A DNA stretch of 64,000 nucleotides from Marinicella sp. (GCA_965230295.1 OZ246001.1:3456001-3520000); one strand, 5' to 3'. Positions 31,777-42,061 are shown, numbered from the stretch's first letter. Notes: generated from the sequence alone by a model not told the origin. Translations and numbers: made by a program.

Positions 31777-31948
31777 ATACATTAAATTTATGTTATTTTA
31801 AAATACGATTTGAATTTATAGACAACCTTACTTAAGAAATTCGTTTCTATAAAATAATTAAAAAAGAAGGTTGTGAATGTGGTGACACATTGCGTGGGGA
31901 CGTTTTTAATTCAAGTTGATTACTAATAAAAACTAGAGGGTTTAATCA

Positions 31949-33898
31949 ATGAATAAAATAAGACTTATGGGCGCGTCTGCGTCTATCTTTTTGGCTGCAT
32001 CAGTAGCCACAGCCAAAGACAATCACTATGCCAAGCACTTGGCAGGTCCTGCAGAAGAAATCGAATTGATGCAAAAATCAAGTCCTGTTGACTCGGCCAT
32101 TGTTTCCAAGCATGCCATGATTGCTGTCGATCTACAGCCAAGTACTGAAGGTGGATATGTTTGGCAAAAATCCATATTGCTTGATGGTGAAAACCCAAAG
32201 GCATTGCTTTTTGCCCCTGAAAAGGATGATTGGCAATTAGAAATCAGAGGCATGGATATGGAGAAAAGTACCCATGATCAATCAATCGAATTTTTTACTC
32301 GTGAAACTGATTTTGGCATGGGTTCTGAGCAGTTTCCAGCGACTCAATTTGAATTACAAAACCTGTCTTCAGGTCAATACAAATTTGATATAGCAGCCAA
32401 CAACAATGCTTCTGGCTACTTATTGGTCAGCAGTGACAGCCCGTACCGAATGAAATCTTATGTAAGCACAGCTGGTGCCTTGTTAGGTGATGTTGTGGAC
32501 ATCAATGCATCGGCATTTACCGATGAGAAATCATTCACCATGGTGAGTAATGATTTACAGTTGATCAACTCTTCATACCTGCGCATCACCAGTCCTGATG
32601 GATCGATCCAAGAAATTTCAATGTTTGATGATGGATTGGCATATGATAAATCGGCTGCTGATGGTGAGTTCAACGGTGCATTTGTTGCAGACCAAGAAGG
32701 GCTTTACCAAGTACAAGTGGTAACTCAAGGCATCACTCCACAAGGAAAACCATTTTATCGAACGGCTGAGCATGTGATTCCAGTGATAGATTCGGATTTG
32801 GTATTGAGCTCGAAACAAGCAGTTGGTAACTACACCTCATCACACAAAATTGATTTAAGTTTTGGTATCAATACTGGCCTAAAAGATGCCAGTTTCAGGG
32901 TTATGGCTGAAGTGTGGGGTACACAGCAAGCAGGAAAATCTTCAACGCAGGAAGCGGTGTCATGGCTTTCTACCATTGCTGAGTTGAAAGGCGGTGAAAT
33001 CACCTTGCAACTGGATGATCGATGGTTGCTGGAAAAAGGCGTGGTGGCTCCATATACCCTTAAAAACATCAGAATCGAAGACACCAGGTATTACATCAAC
33101 ATGTTAGACATAGAGCAGTTACATTTATCATTGCCTGCCATCAAACAACAATCCAAGTCTGCATATCAAGGCGGTATCACAGAGTCGATGCTTCAAGGTG
33201 ATAAGCCTGCACATTTGAAAAACATGGAAAAAGCCGCCGGTGGAAAACTGATGTTGGTCCATGGGTATTGTTCTGGTGATGCTTGGGGGCCCGTTCAATC
33301 TCAATTCAGTAACAACGTGAAATTCACTGACTTCAATAAAAACAGATCTCATGATGAGTTTGCCAGGCTGATTGATAGTTATGGTGATAACTTCCCGTCA
33401 TTTGGTGTGGTTGCACACTCTCAGGGTGGTGCTGCTTCACTTCACTTGTATACCTACTACTGGAGCGGTTTAGACAACGCGGGTTCAGGTCGTTTGATCC
33501 AATCTGTGGGAACACCTTACCAAGGTACACCATTGGCAGGGAATCTCGCTTTGATTGGTGATATTTTTGGTATCGGCTGTGGTTACAATGGTAATTTAAC
33601 CACCTCAGGTGCCGCTTCTTGGTTATCCGGTATCCCAACTTGGGCCAGAAGCAAGGTCAATTATTACACCACGTCATTCACTGATAAATGGTGGCGTCCA
33701 GACTGGTGTAATTTTGCTTCAGATTTTGTTTTATCGGATCCTGAAGATGGCACCACTGAAAAATCCCGAGGTCAACTTTCGGGTGCAAGCAACCGTGGTC
33801 ATAAGACAGGTCAATGTCATACTGAAGGCATGCGGGATATGGCGCAAACCAGGGATGGCGGTCGAAACAGCAGTATGAGCAGCAATGCTGCCAGATAA
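31949..33898 (+). CDS. Secreted protein with beta-rich N-terminal region and C-terminal alpha/beta hydrolase (conditioned medium factor-like)
   Basis: Signal peptide; MFDDG...D..A.DGEF (choice-of-anchor X-like); LVHGYCS, AHSQGG nucleophile elbow and VGTPYQGT. Confidence 0.75.
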   Translation: MNKIRLMGASASIFLAASVATAKDNHYAKHLAGPAEEIELMQKSSPVDSAIVSKHAMIAVDLQPSTEGGYVWQKSILLDGENPKALLFAPEKDDWQLEIRGMDMEKSTHDQSIEFFTRETDFGMGSEQFPATQFELQNLSSGQYKFDIAANNNASGYLLVSSDSPYRMKSYVSTAGALLGDVVDINASAFTDEKSFTMVSNDLQLINSSYLRITSPDGSIQEISMFDDGLAYDKSAADGEFNGAFVADQEGLYQVQVVTQGITPQGKPFYRTAEHVIPVIDSDLVLSSKQAVGNYTSSHKIDLSFGINTGLKDASFRVMAEVWGTQQAGKSSTQEAVSWLSTIAELKGGEITLQLDDRWLLEKGVVAPYTLKNIRIEDTRYYINMLDIEQLHLSLPAIKQQSKSAYQGGITESMLQGDKPAHLKNMEKAAGGKLMLVHGYCSGDAWGPVQSQFSNNVKFTDFNKNRSHDEFARLIDSYGDNFPSFGVVAHSQGGAASLHLYTYYWSGLDNAGSGRLIQSVGTPYQGTPLAGNLALIGDIFGIGCGYNGNLTTSGAASWLSGIPTWARSKVNYYTTSFTDKWWRPDWCNFASDFVLSDPEDGTTEKSRGQLSGASNRGHKTGQCHTEGMRDMAQTRDGGRNSSMSSNAAR

Positions 33899-33919
33899 GC
33901 TGTCACCAAGTGAAAGCCG

Positions 33920-33947
33920 AAAAGCCCAGTCTGACTGGGCTTTTTTT
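33920..33947 (+). terminator. Rho-independent terminator
   Basis: AAAGCCCAGT-CTG-ACTGGGCTTTTTTT. Confidence 0.9.
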
Positions 33948-34162
33948 ATGCCTGTATGAGTTTGCATTTCTGGCACCACAACTTCAGATGAAGGTCTTGG
34001 TTTGAAAATTTTGGTTGAAATTAACCCATGATGGTGTGCAGTTGGATGACATTGAAATGATAGAAGATAACCAACAAATTCAATCAAAAACACAAACAAG
34101 AACTTGTGACTAATCACACTGTCTATAACCTCCAAAATTTGTTCTAATTATTTAAAAAGGAG

Positions 34163-34840
34163 ATGAATATGAAACACATGAAAAAACTTACAGCCATTAC
34201 CTGTTTACTGATAACGTCCTTGGCGTTTGCTGATTACGGCCTTCACTTTGATGACAAGGGTCAAATCATCAAACCAGACCAACATTACCTGTGGTTAGGT
34301 ATTGATGATGAAAGAGATGGCTTCAGAGACTCGGCATTTAAAAACTTTAAACGGTCTGCAGCATTTGGTAACTACCATGCCATGTCGTTGGTTGCTTTGT
34401 ATTACATGCAAGACAAAGATTACCTGTCAGCATATGCTTGGTTCAAACTGATTGATTTAGGAAAAATTCCCAATGCTGCCTATTTGGAAGAAATCATTGG
34501 AAATATAGAAACCGTTTTGAGCAAAGATGAATTAAAACAAGCCGATGACATGCGGTATGATTTGTCCGAAACTTATGGCAGTTATCCAACAATGTTGAAA
34601 AGAGAAGAATGGAAGAACAACATGAAATTCACAGGAACTCACATCAAAGGCTACATTCCGCCATTTTTAAAAATTGAACTGAATTCAGGTTATGTTGTTA
34701 CTGGAAGAGATCTCAAGGAGCAAGTTGAAAAGTTTATCTATGAATATGAATTCAGTTTCGGTCAAGGTGAAGTGACATTGGATGAGATTGAAATCATAGA
34801 AGTGGATGAAACGACTGATCAGGAGCAAAAAGATGAATAA
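34163..34840 (+). CDS. Exported Sel1/TPR-like repeat protein
   Basis: Signal peptide; AFKNFKRSAAFGNYHA and AYAWFKL Sel1-like helices; strong AGGAG ribosome binding site. Confidence 0.7.
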   Translation: MNMKHMKKLTAITCLLITSLAFADYGLHFDDKGQIIKPDQHYLWLGIDDERDGFRDSAFKNFKRSAAFGNYHAMSLVALYYMQDKDYLSAYAWFKLIDLGKIPNAAYLEEIIGNIETVLSKDELKQADDMRYDLSETYGSYPTMLKREEWKNNMKFTGTHIKGYIPPFLKIELNSGYVVTGRDLKEQVEKFIYEYEFSFGQGEVTLDEIEIIEVDETTDQEQKDE

Positions 34841-34866
34841 AAAGTGAGTTGTTTCACCAAGAAATC

Positions 34867-34896
34867 AAGCCTCAGCATAAACACTGAGGCTTTTTT
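34867..34896. terminator. Terminator between convergent genes
   Basis: AAGCCTCAG...CTGAGGCTTTTTT. Confidence 0.8.
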
Positions 34897-34900
34897 AATT

Positions 34901-35509
34901 TCAGGCGCTTAATAATTTTTTGGCTTCTTCAATGTATGCTTTTCTTTTCAGTAAGATTTGCAATTGTCCACCACCGACCTGTTTCCACAAGACAGCCGCA
35001 CGAATCCCTGCCAACAAGATTGCTCTGATTTTTTCTGTTATTGCTTGATCTTTTAGATGGAATGGCTGCCCGGCTACAATCACCCTGGGTTGCATTTGGC
35101 TGATGGTCTTGGAGTAGACTTGTGCCAGTTTAGAAATCACTGCATTGTTAAAAGGTTCTTCTGTGTTTTGTAATACCTTGGAATCACTCAAACCCTTTTC
35201 AATGACTGCCATCATATCGGGTCTTTGTTGTAATTTGCTGGCCAATGACAAAAGTGTGATGGTGTATTTCATCACATTGATGTAATAACTGTCTTTGTTG
35301 AATGATTTAATCAAAGTATTGAATCCAAGAGCCAAACCTGACATGTTGTCTTCAAAGATGTCCTCAGTACTTGAGGCATCAATTTTATACAGGCTTTTTA
35401 AGCTGACTTCCCAGCTCTTTGGATCACGGATTGCACCGGAATTGGCCAATTCGTGAGCCATGGTGGCTGCTTGGTATACAGCTGACAATGCTATGGTTTG
35501 GTCTCTCAT
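34901..35509 (-). CDS. hflD: High frequency lysogenization protein HflD
   Basis: PRVIVAG, IRAILLAGIRAAVLWKQVGG; downstream of mnmA. Confidence 0.93.
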   Translation of the reverse strand: MRDQTIALSAVYQAATMAHELANSGAIRDPKSWEVSLKSLYKIDASSTEDIFEDNMSGLALGFNTLIKSFNKDSYYINVMKYTITLLSLASKLQQRPDMMAVIEKGLSDSKVLQNTEEPFNNAVISKLAQVYSKTISQMQPRVIVAGQPFHLKDQAITEKIRAILLAGIRAAVLWKQVGGGQLQILLKRKAYIEEAKKLLSA

Positions 35510-35513
35510 GCTT

Positions 35514-36623
35514 TCAGGTCTCTCTCAGTTCACAAGTTGAGGTTAATAAATTAGATGATTCTATGATGGCTCCCCCCATGCACACATCCCCCTGATAAAA
35601 AACAACCGATTGTCCTGGGGTGATGGCTTTTTGTGGTTGTTCGAAGATGACTTGAATGGTGTCGGCATTGATGAGATGTACTTGACACTCCTGATCAGCC
35701 TGACGGTACCGTATTTTGGCTTTGCATTGGAGTGGAAAAGCCGGTGGTTTATTTGCTATCCATGTGGCTTGTTTGGCCAGCAGTGTATCATCTTCCATCA
35801 GGTGTTTGTGGTTGCTCTGGCCCACAACCAGGCGATTCAACTGGTGGTCTTTGGCTATCACAAACCAAGGTTCAGCCAGGCCATTTTTAACGCCACCAAT
35901 ACCCAGACCCTGTCGTTGTCCAATGGTGTAATACATCAAGCCATTGTGTTGGCCGACAATTTGCTCATTGGGGGTGATTATTTCACCTGGGTTGGGTTTC
36001 AGGTAAGTTGACAAAAAATCCTGGAAGCGTTTTTCACCAATGAAACAAATCCCGGTTGAATCTTTTTTGTCATGAACGTTAAGACCGAGTGATTCGGCCA
36101 TTTTTCTGACTTCCGGCTTTTCAATTTCTCCAACCGGAAACAAGCTCCGTGACAATTGGTACTGGTTGATGGCGTAAAGGAAGTAGCTTTGATCTTTATT
36201 TTGATCCATGCCCTTTAACAGCTGATATTCACCGTTGGATTCACCTTTTCTCACATAATGACCAGTGGCCATCATGTCTGCACCCAAGTCATCAGCGTGA
36301 TCTAAAAATGTTTTGAACTTTATTTCACGGTTACACAAGATGTCGGGATTTGGCGTGCGGCCTTGCTGATACTCTTCCAGGAATTCAGCAAACACATGGT
36401 CCCAATACTCAGTTGCAAAGTTTCGGCGATGTAGTTTGATGTCTAACTGATCACAAACGGCCTGCGCGTCTTTGACATCTTCGTCAGCAGTGCAGTGTTC
36501 CTGGGTGTCGTCTTCTTCCCAATTCTTCATGAACATGCCTTCTACTTGTAAGCCTTGTTGTTTTAACAACGCCGCACTGACCGAAGAGTCGACGCCGCCT
36601 GACATTCCTGTGATTACTTTCAT
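35514..36623 (-). CDS. mnmA: tRNA-specific 2-thiouridylase
   Basis: [24 protein letters not shown] and DSTGICFIG motifs. Confidence 0.98.
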   Translation of the reverse strand: MKVITGMSGGVDSSVSAALLKQQGLQVEGMFMKNWEEDDTQEHCTADEDVKDAQAVCDQLDIKLHRRNFATEYWDHVFAEFLEEYQQGRTPNPDILCNREIKFKTFLDHADDLGADMMATGHYVRKGESNGEYQLLKGMDQNKDQSYFLYAINQYQLSRSLFPVGEIEKPEVRKMAESLGLNVHDKKDSTGICFIGEKRFQDFLSTYLKPNPGEIITPNEQIVGQHNGLMYYTIGQRQGLGIGGVKNGLAEPWFVIAKDHQLNRLVVGQSNHKHLMEDDTLLAKQATWIANKPPAFPLQCKAKIRYRQADQECQVHLINADTIQVIFEQPQKAITPGQSVVFYQGDVCMGGAIIESSNLLTSTCELRET

Positions 36624-36635
36624 GGTGTGTGGTGG

Positions 36636-37088
36636 TTAATCGTAATAACTGAACACATCTGTGTTGGTTCTTTTGCCGTTGATATGGAGGTCAATGTGAT
36701 GTAAAACAAGTGGAGAACGCAACCTGTGGGCATTTTTTGCCACTTCGTCACGGGTCATCCATTGGGCACAAATGATGCCTTCATCAAGGGTTTGATTGGG
36801 GTCAAATTCAATCACGGTACCTGCAAAGCATGATCTGAGGTAGTGCTTATCACTGTTCTTACTGGTCCATTGAGAAAACTCTATCAAATGGTCAACACTG
36901 ATGTGCCAACCGGTTTCTTCTAAAGTCTCTCGTACAGCGGCTTGGATTAATGTTTCACCTTGTTCCAAATGGCCGGCGGGTTGATTAAGAATTTTTTCAC
37001 CATAAATATCTTCTTCAACCATCAGAAACTTACCGTTTTGTTCAACCACAGTGGCTACGGTAACTCGAGGTAACCAATCTCTGCTCAT
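36636..37088 (-). CDS. nudJ: NUDIX hydrolase (NudJ-like)
   Basis: NQPAGHLE.GE...AAVRETLEETG Nudix box; upstream of mnmA; ATG 37088 overlaps the preceding stop. Confidence 0.85.
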   Translation of the reverse strand: MSRDWLPRVTVATVVEQNGKFLMVEEDIYGEKILNQPAGHLEQGETLIQAAVRETLEETGWHISVDHLIEFSQWTSKNSDKHYLRSCFAGTVIEFDPNQTLDEGIICAQWMTRDEVAKNAHRLRSPLVLHHIDLHINGKRTNTDVFSYYD

Positions 37089-38758
37089 GCGGTTTTTCCT
37101 TTCCAGCGCACACCCAAATACATACCAACTATACCGATGACTATGGCAGCCCATGGCGAAAAGCCGAAGCTGGCAGGGATGATGCCGATGATCACAGCAA
37201 AACCACCCGCATACAAGGCATAGGGGATTTGGGTTCTGACATGTTCGATGTGGTCACAGCCTGATGCCATGGATGACAAAATGGTGGTGTCAGAGATGGG
37301 GGAGCAATGGTCGCCCCATACGGCGCCTGCCAAGATGCTGGCAATGGTGGTGTATATGATGTAGAAATATTCAGGTTCCATGAGGCCTTGAGCCGTCATC
37401 ATGGTCCAAGCCACCGGTACAACCAACGGAATCAATATACCCATGGCGCCCCAGCTGGACCCAGTAGCAAATGCAGTTAATGCAGCCAATAAGAAGGTTA
37501 ATATAGGCAGCCATTGAACGGACAGTGAGTCTGCGATCAAAGAAGATATATACTGGCTGGTTTGTAATTGTTCACTGACGGCTGAAAGTGACCAAGCCAA
37601 AGTCAATATGATGATGGCCAACAGCATGGGCTTGATGCCCTTATACCACGCTTCAACAGTTTCTTTCAGGGTCAAAATGCCTTGCAGCAGGCTGAGGATA
37701 GCAGCCACCAGTACGCCTGCAGTGGTTCCCCATAAAAGCGCTTTGTAGGAGTCTACATTTTTAGAAAATAAAATATCCCGGAAAGTTTGGTCAGGGTTGC
37801 TGGGATCTAATCCGGTGTAATAAATGCCAGCCAGTACAACAAAAATCATGGTTAAAATTGGTAACAGGGCGTTGATCGCTCTGTATGGCTTGTTTTCAAC
37901 TGGAACCACTTCGTCTTCTGGATGATGTGCGGCAGTTTGGCTGGATTCATTCAAGGATCTGGCCGCAAGCTCAGCTTGGTACATCGGGCCGAAGTCTCGA
38001 CCGGTACTGGCTATGATGATGGTTAAAAACAAAGCCATAATGGGGTAAAAACTGTAGGGAATGGTTTGTAAGAATATGGCATATCCTCCCATGTCATTGT
38101 AACCAACTGCCTTAAGGGCATCGTCAATCAAACCAACCTGAAAACCAACCCAGGTAGTGATCAAAGCCAGGCATGCAATGGGGGCAGCCGTTGAGTCGAC
38201 CAAGTAAGCCAGTTTCTCTCTTGAGATTTTCATCTTATCGGTCACCGGGCGCATGGTGTTGCCGACCACCAATGTATTGGCGTAATCATCAAAAAAGATA
38301 CTCATTCCCATACCAATGGTTGCCAATGAAGCCCGTTTGACATTGTTGGCCCATTTTAGTATCAAGTTCACGACACCCTGCATGCCACCGTTGCGTGAAA
38401 TGATGCCTACCATGCCGCCAATCATGAAAGAAAAGACGATGATGGATGCATGGCTGGAATCAGCCAATGCATTGACCGAGTAGAACTGAACGGTTTGTAA
38501 AGGGGCTTTGAAGAATGACAGGAAATCAAGACCGCCTATGACCCACACGCCAAAGACCAGGCCAGTGAATAAAGCGGGTATCACCTGCCTGAATATCAAG
38601 GCAATGGCAATAGCCAGTAAGGGTGGAACCACAGATAACCACGTTCCGGCATAAGAAACAGTCGTTTCGGCTTCAGTGGATTCCTGGGCAAAAACACAAC
38701 CCGTAAATAATATTAAAAACAATAGGATATAGGATATTCTTAAGGTAAATAGTTGCAT
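37085..38758 (-). CDS. Na+/H+ antiporter NhaC family protein
   Basis: FFDDYAN, LAYLVDSTAAP, TGSSWG and GDHCSPISDTTILSS motifs. Confidence 0.9.
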   Translation of the reverse strand: MQLFTLRISYILLFLILFTGCVFAQESTEAETTVSYAGTWLSVVPPLLAIAIALIFRQVIPALFTGLVFGVWVIGGLDFLSFFKAPLQTVQFYSVNALADSSHASIIVFSFMIGGMVGIISRNGGMQGVVNLILKWANNVKRASLATIGMGMSIFFDDYANTLVVGNTMRPVTDKMKISREKLAYLVDSTAAPIACLALITTWVGFQVGLIDDALKAVGYNDMGGYAIFLQTIPYSFYPIMALFLTIIIASTGRDFGPMYQAELAARSLNESSQTAAHHPEDEVVPVENKPYRAINALLPILTMIFVVLAGIYYTGLDPSNPDQTFRDILFSKNVDSYKALLWGTTAGVLVAAILSLLQGILTLKETVEAWYKGIKPMLLAIIILTLAWSLSAVSEQLQTSQYISSLIADSLSVQWLPILTFLLAALTAFATGSSWGAMGILIPLVVPVAWTMMTAQGLMEPEYFYIIYTTIASILAGAVWGDHCSPISDTTILSSMASGCDHIEHVRTQIPYALYAGGFAVIIGIIPASFGFSPWAAIVIGIVGMYLGVRWKGKTA

Positions 38759-38833
38759 AGTTTTTATGGTCGTGTTGGTTGTTATTTCTGTTGTTGGTGC
38801 AGAAACATTATATGTTGAGCAGAGATTCTATCA

Positions 38834-39532
38834 TCACCACTGATTTAATTCATTAAGCCTCTGAATTGTTCCCACATCATGCCACATGCCTTGATGAATT
38901 TGACCTGTGGCTTGTTGATCCTGAATGGCCGCTTTGATATGGGGGACAATGCTGAAAACTTTTTCATGATACGGAGGTTTCAGTATATTTTGATGAAATA
39001 AACCAATACCTGCATAAGTAAAGGCCTCTAAATCAGGGGTTTTAAGTTGCAAATTGCCAGTAAAACTGTCCAGTGAAAAATCACCCAAAGGGTTGTGTTT
39101 TGGGTTATTGACCAACACCAGATTTACCAGGTTATCAGGTGGCAGACTTTGCAGTTTTGAAAAATCAAAATCAGTGAATATGTCTGCATTGACAACAACA
39201 AAGGGTTCAGGGTTATGCTGATCTGAAATCAACATGGGCATGGCTTTAAGCATGCCTCCTCCTGTTTCGAGTGGTTGGTCGGCTTCGATTGAAAATTGAA
39301 TGTTGGCAGTTTTGTAATCATCAAGCTTCATTAAATTGGTAACAAAATCTATGATTTGTTGATGCAACCAACTGACATTGATGACCAAGTCACTGATCCC
39401 GGCTGCAAGCAAGGCTTCAATGTGATATTGAATCAATGGCTTATCTCTGACAACAACCAAAGGTTTTGGTGTGTGATTGGTCAGTGGTTTAAGACGTTCA
39501 CCTCGTCCTGCAGCGAAAATCAGTGCTTTCAT
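38834..39532 (-). CDS. murU: N-acetylmuramate alpha-1-phosphate uridylyltransferase
   Basis: AAGRGERLKPLT..TPKPL, LETGGG and WHDVGT motifs; coupled to amgK. Confidence 0.9.
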   Translation of the reverse strand: MKALIFAAGRGERLKPLTNHTPKPLVVVRDKPLIQYHIEALLAAGISDLVINVSWLHQQIIDFVTNLMKLDDYKTANIQFSIEADQPLETGGGMLKAMPMLISDQHNPEPFVVVNADIFTDFDFSKLQSLPPDNLVNLVLVNNPKHNPLGDFSLDSFTGNLQLKTPDLEAFTYAGIGLFHQNILKPPYHEKVFSIVPHIKAAIQDQQATGQIHQGMWHDVGTIQRLNELNQW

Positions 39533-40512
39533 CCGTGTTTGGTCAGTTTGGGTTGTAAGTCTTGTAGCAATTGCCCGAATGTGGCCAAATCGGGATAGGC
39601 TTTGGCGGTTGTCAATAGGTAATTCATGGTTCTGGGGATGTCATGCAAATAGCCCGATTTGCCGTCTCTATAATTCAATCGACAAAAAATTCCAATGGCT
39701 TTCAGGTGCCTTTGTGCAGCCATTAAATCAAACCAACGTTTAAACGTTTCATAAGGGACCTGTGCGTTGGATACAGCGTTGTGTTGTTGAAGAAAATACT
39801 GGCTTAATCGCTCAATGGTGGCTTCTGGCCAGCAGATATAACAATCTTTTAATAAGGATGCCAAATCATAGGTGAACGGCCCGAAAACAGCATCTTGAAA
39901 GTCAATCACCCCCGGGTGGTTTTCAGCCGTGACCATTAAATTCCTGCTGTGAAAGTCACGGTGTACCATCACCTGAGGCTGTTCAAGCGCATTGTTTAAC
40001 AGTTTTTCATAGGTGACTCTGAGTAAATCAGATTGTTCAGTATTCAGCTGTATGCCCAAGTGTTCCTTCACAAACCAATCACTGAATAAATGCATTTCAT
40101 TCAGCAAAAGATTGGCATCATAAGGAGGTAAATCATGAGCCGCATCTATTCTTTGCATGGATGCAATCACGTCAATCGCGGGTAAGTAATAAGTGTCAAC
40201 AGTTTCTTCATTCAACTCATCCAAATACAGTGTAGAGCCTAAATCTGTCAGCAATAAAAAACCCAGGTCCAAGTCTGAAGCATACAATTTGGGTACATGA
40301 ACTTGATTTTTCCGCAAAATGTTGAGAATTTTAATGAACGGGCTACAATCCTCATGCTCTGGAGGCGCATCCATAAGGATGTAGCTGGCTGATGCTGTGG
40401 TTACTCTGTAGTAACTCCTGAAACTGGCATCAGCCGATGCTGTCATCATTTTAAACGGTTGCTGTTTGAAATACTCAGACAGCCACAACTGCCGTTGGTG
40501 CTCGCGATTCAT
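39529..40512 (-). CDS. amgK: Anomeric MurNAc/GlcNAc kinase
   Basis: DASFRSYYR, MDAPP, HRDFHSRNLM, IDFQDA and GIFCRL..RDGK motifs. Confidence 0.92.
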   Translation of the reverse strand: MNREHQRQLWLSEYFKQQPFKMMTASADASFRSYYRVTTASASYILMDAPPEHEDCSPFIKILNILRKNQVHVPKLYASDLDLGFLLLTDLGSTLYLDELNEETVDTYYLPAIDVIASMQRIDAAHDLPPYDANLLLNEMHLFSDWFVKEHLGIQLNTEQSDLLRVTYEKLLNNALEQPQVMVHRDFHSRNLMVTAENHPGVIDFQDAVFGPFTYDLASLLKDCYICWPEATIERLSQYFLQQHNAVSNAQVPYETFKRWFDLMAAQRHLKAIGIFCRLNYRDGKSGYLHDIPRTMNYLLTTAKAYPDLATFGQLLQDLQPKLTKHG

Positions 40513-40533
40513 CGGTGTTATTTATTGTGTTTT

Positions 40534-40839
40534 TTAGTTTGAACCCAGTCCCAGTTCAGAGGGCTTTGATTTTTTTAAAACAGTGGTGATCACATGTTGA
40601 TGTTCGAAGTAAACCACAAATGTTGGGTAATCCCAACGGGTGATGGGTGGGTTGCCTACAGCGGCATGTTCAGTCACAGGATCGCCGTAGTCAGCCCTGA
40701 CTTGATTCATGGTGGTAGACTTTTGTGGAACATCGATTCCGGCTTTGGCTTCAACTCGGTCAATCAACAACACTTCTGATTGTGAAGAGCAGGAAAAAAT
40801 CATCAGTAATATCAGTATTTTAATTGAAGTTTTACGCAT
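40534..40839 (-). CDS. Conserved small exported protein (SmpA/BamE-like fold suspected)
   Basis: Signal peptide; YGDP...VGNPPITRWDY..FVVYFE. Confidence 0.75.
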   Translation of the reverse strand: MRKTSIKILILLMIFSCSSQSEVLLIDRVEAKAGIDVPQKSTTMNQVRADYGDPVTEHAAVGNPPITRWDYPTFVVYFEHQHVITTVLKKSKPSELGLGSN

Positions 40840-41111
40840 CTCATTGTCCCATCAAAATTGACATTTTAACAACATTCAATTGATTTTGTCACATCTCAAC
40901 TTGTGATGGGGCCAATTGAATGAACCTTTCAAATCTATACAAGCTCTCTGTAAGCTGTGGTTATCATCACAAAAATCACTTTATGACAATCTAAGTTCAC
41001 ATAAAATGAACCAGTTCACAATTCAAAAACCTGATAAATATGTGATTAATAATCAGATCAAACTTTTTTTTGACTACAGGATGAAAAATGAAGTCCCCCA
41101 ACTTATTCATT

Positions 41112-41318
41112 GGAGAACTGTTGGATTGGCGCACCCGGTTGGCGAACCTTCGGTGAGTCAGAGAGTGCAAGAGTAGGTAATGAAAGTATGGTGGTTTGGC
41201 GTTAAGCCAAGAAGCCTTACTTGAATACCGTAGCTCGTCCGTAATTGTAAGTGATGTCCGCCGTGGCCGCTTTCACTTTTGTAGGAAACAAAAGTGAATG
41301 AAGTCCCAAGGACATTCC
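41112..41318 (+). mobile_element. Mosaic MITE-like repeat, copy 4 (degenerate left end)
   Basis: Contains CCGGTTGG, CTTGAATACCGTAGCTCGT (as in copy 2), TTCACTTTTGT...ACAAAAGTGAA (as in copy 3) and the right end GAAGTCCCAAGGACATTCC. Confidence 0.7.
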
Positions 41319-41332
41319 TTTATAATGCAGCG

Positions 41333-42061
41333 ATGAAAGAAATGTTGGGAAATTTATTTCAAATATACGTATGGGTAGTTGTCTATCCATTGGCCTGGAC
41401 GCTGACCATTTTAGTGGCCATATCCGTCAGTGTCTTCTCAATCCTGGGTGCTTCTCGCTTTGCTGGACGTTACATAGCAAAAGTATGGGGTCGGATCATT
41501 ATATGGATCACACCAGGTAGGGTTGTGCGGCATGGATTAGATCATGTTAATGACCAACAATCCTATGTGGTGGTTGCCAACCATCAAAGTACTTATGACA
41601 TTTTATTGGTTTATGGATACTTGCCATTAGACTTTAAATGGGTGATGAAAATAGAATTGAGAAAAATGCCATTTGTAGGCTTTGCCTGCGAAAAAATGGG
41701 ACACATCTATGTTGACAGAAGAAATCGTAAGGCCTCAATTCGGGCCATGCAAGAGGCCAAAGAGCGTTTAGTTAATGGAACTTCTGTGTTCTTTTTTCCA
41801 GAAGGTACGCGCAGTAATGGTTCAGACCTTAAGCCTTTCAAGAAAGGTGCGTTTCGTATGGCCAGGGATTTACAGTTACCGATTTTGCCTGTTTCCATAT
41901 CAGGTGCAGACGGCATCATGCCCACTGGTAGCATCAAAATTTTACCAGGGACCATACAAATGACGTTTCATGACCCAATTTCCATTGAACAAATCAATGA
42001 ACTGGATGATGTAGAGGTCGTTAAGATGGCAGAAGCAGCGGTTGCGGCTGGTATTAACTGA
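41333..42061 (+). CDS. plsC: 1-acyl-sn-glycerol-3-phosphate acyltransferase
   Basis: NHQSTYD (HxxxxD), FPEGTRS and FKKGAF motifs. Confidence 0.88.
   Translation: MKEMLGNLFQIYVWVVVYPLAWTLTILVAISVSVFSILGASRFAGRYIAKVWGRIIIWITPGRVVRHGLDHVNDQQSYVVVANHQSTYDILLVYGYLPLDFKWVMKIELRKMPFVGFACEKMGHIYVDRRNRKASIRAMQEAKERLVNGTSVFFFPEGTRSNGSDLKPFKKGAFRMARDLQLPILPVSISGADGIMPTGSIKILPGTIQMTFHDPISIEQINELDDVEVVKMAEAAVAAGIN

Noticed and set aside
33731-34135. 134-aa minus-strand ORF
   Set aside because: It crosses a clear terminator and overlaps the hydrolase gene antisense; no family features.
40840-41176. AT-rich gap considered as a replication origin, and the 86-aa ORF 40916-41176
   Set aside because: No cluster of consensus TTATCCACA boxes and no origin-linked genes; the ORF has a TTG start, lacks a ribosome binding site and runs into repeat copy 4.
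41294-41332. GTG start for plsC given in the ORF track
   Set aside because: It lies inside the repeat's right end; ATG 41333 fits better.
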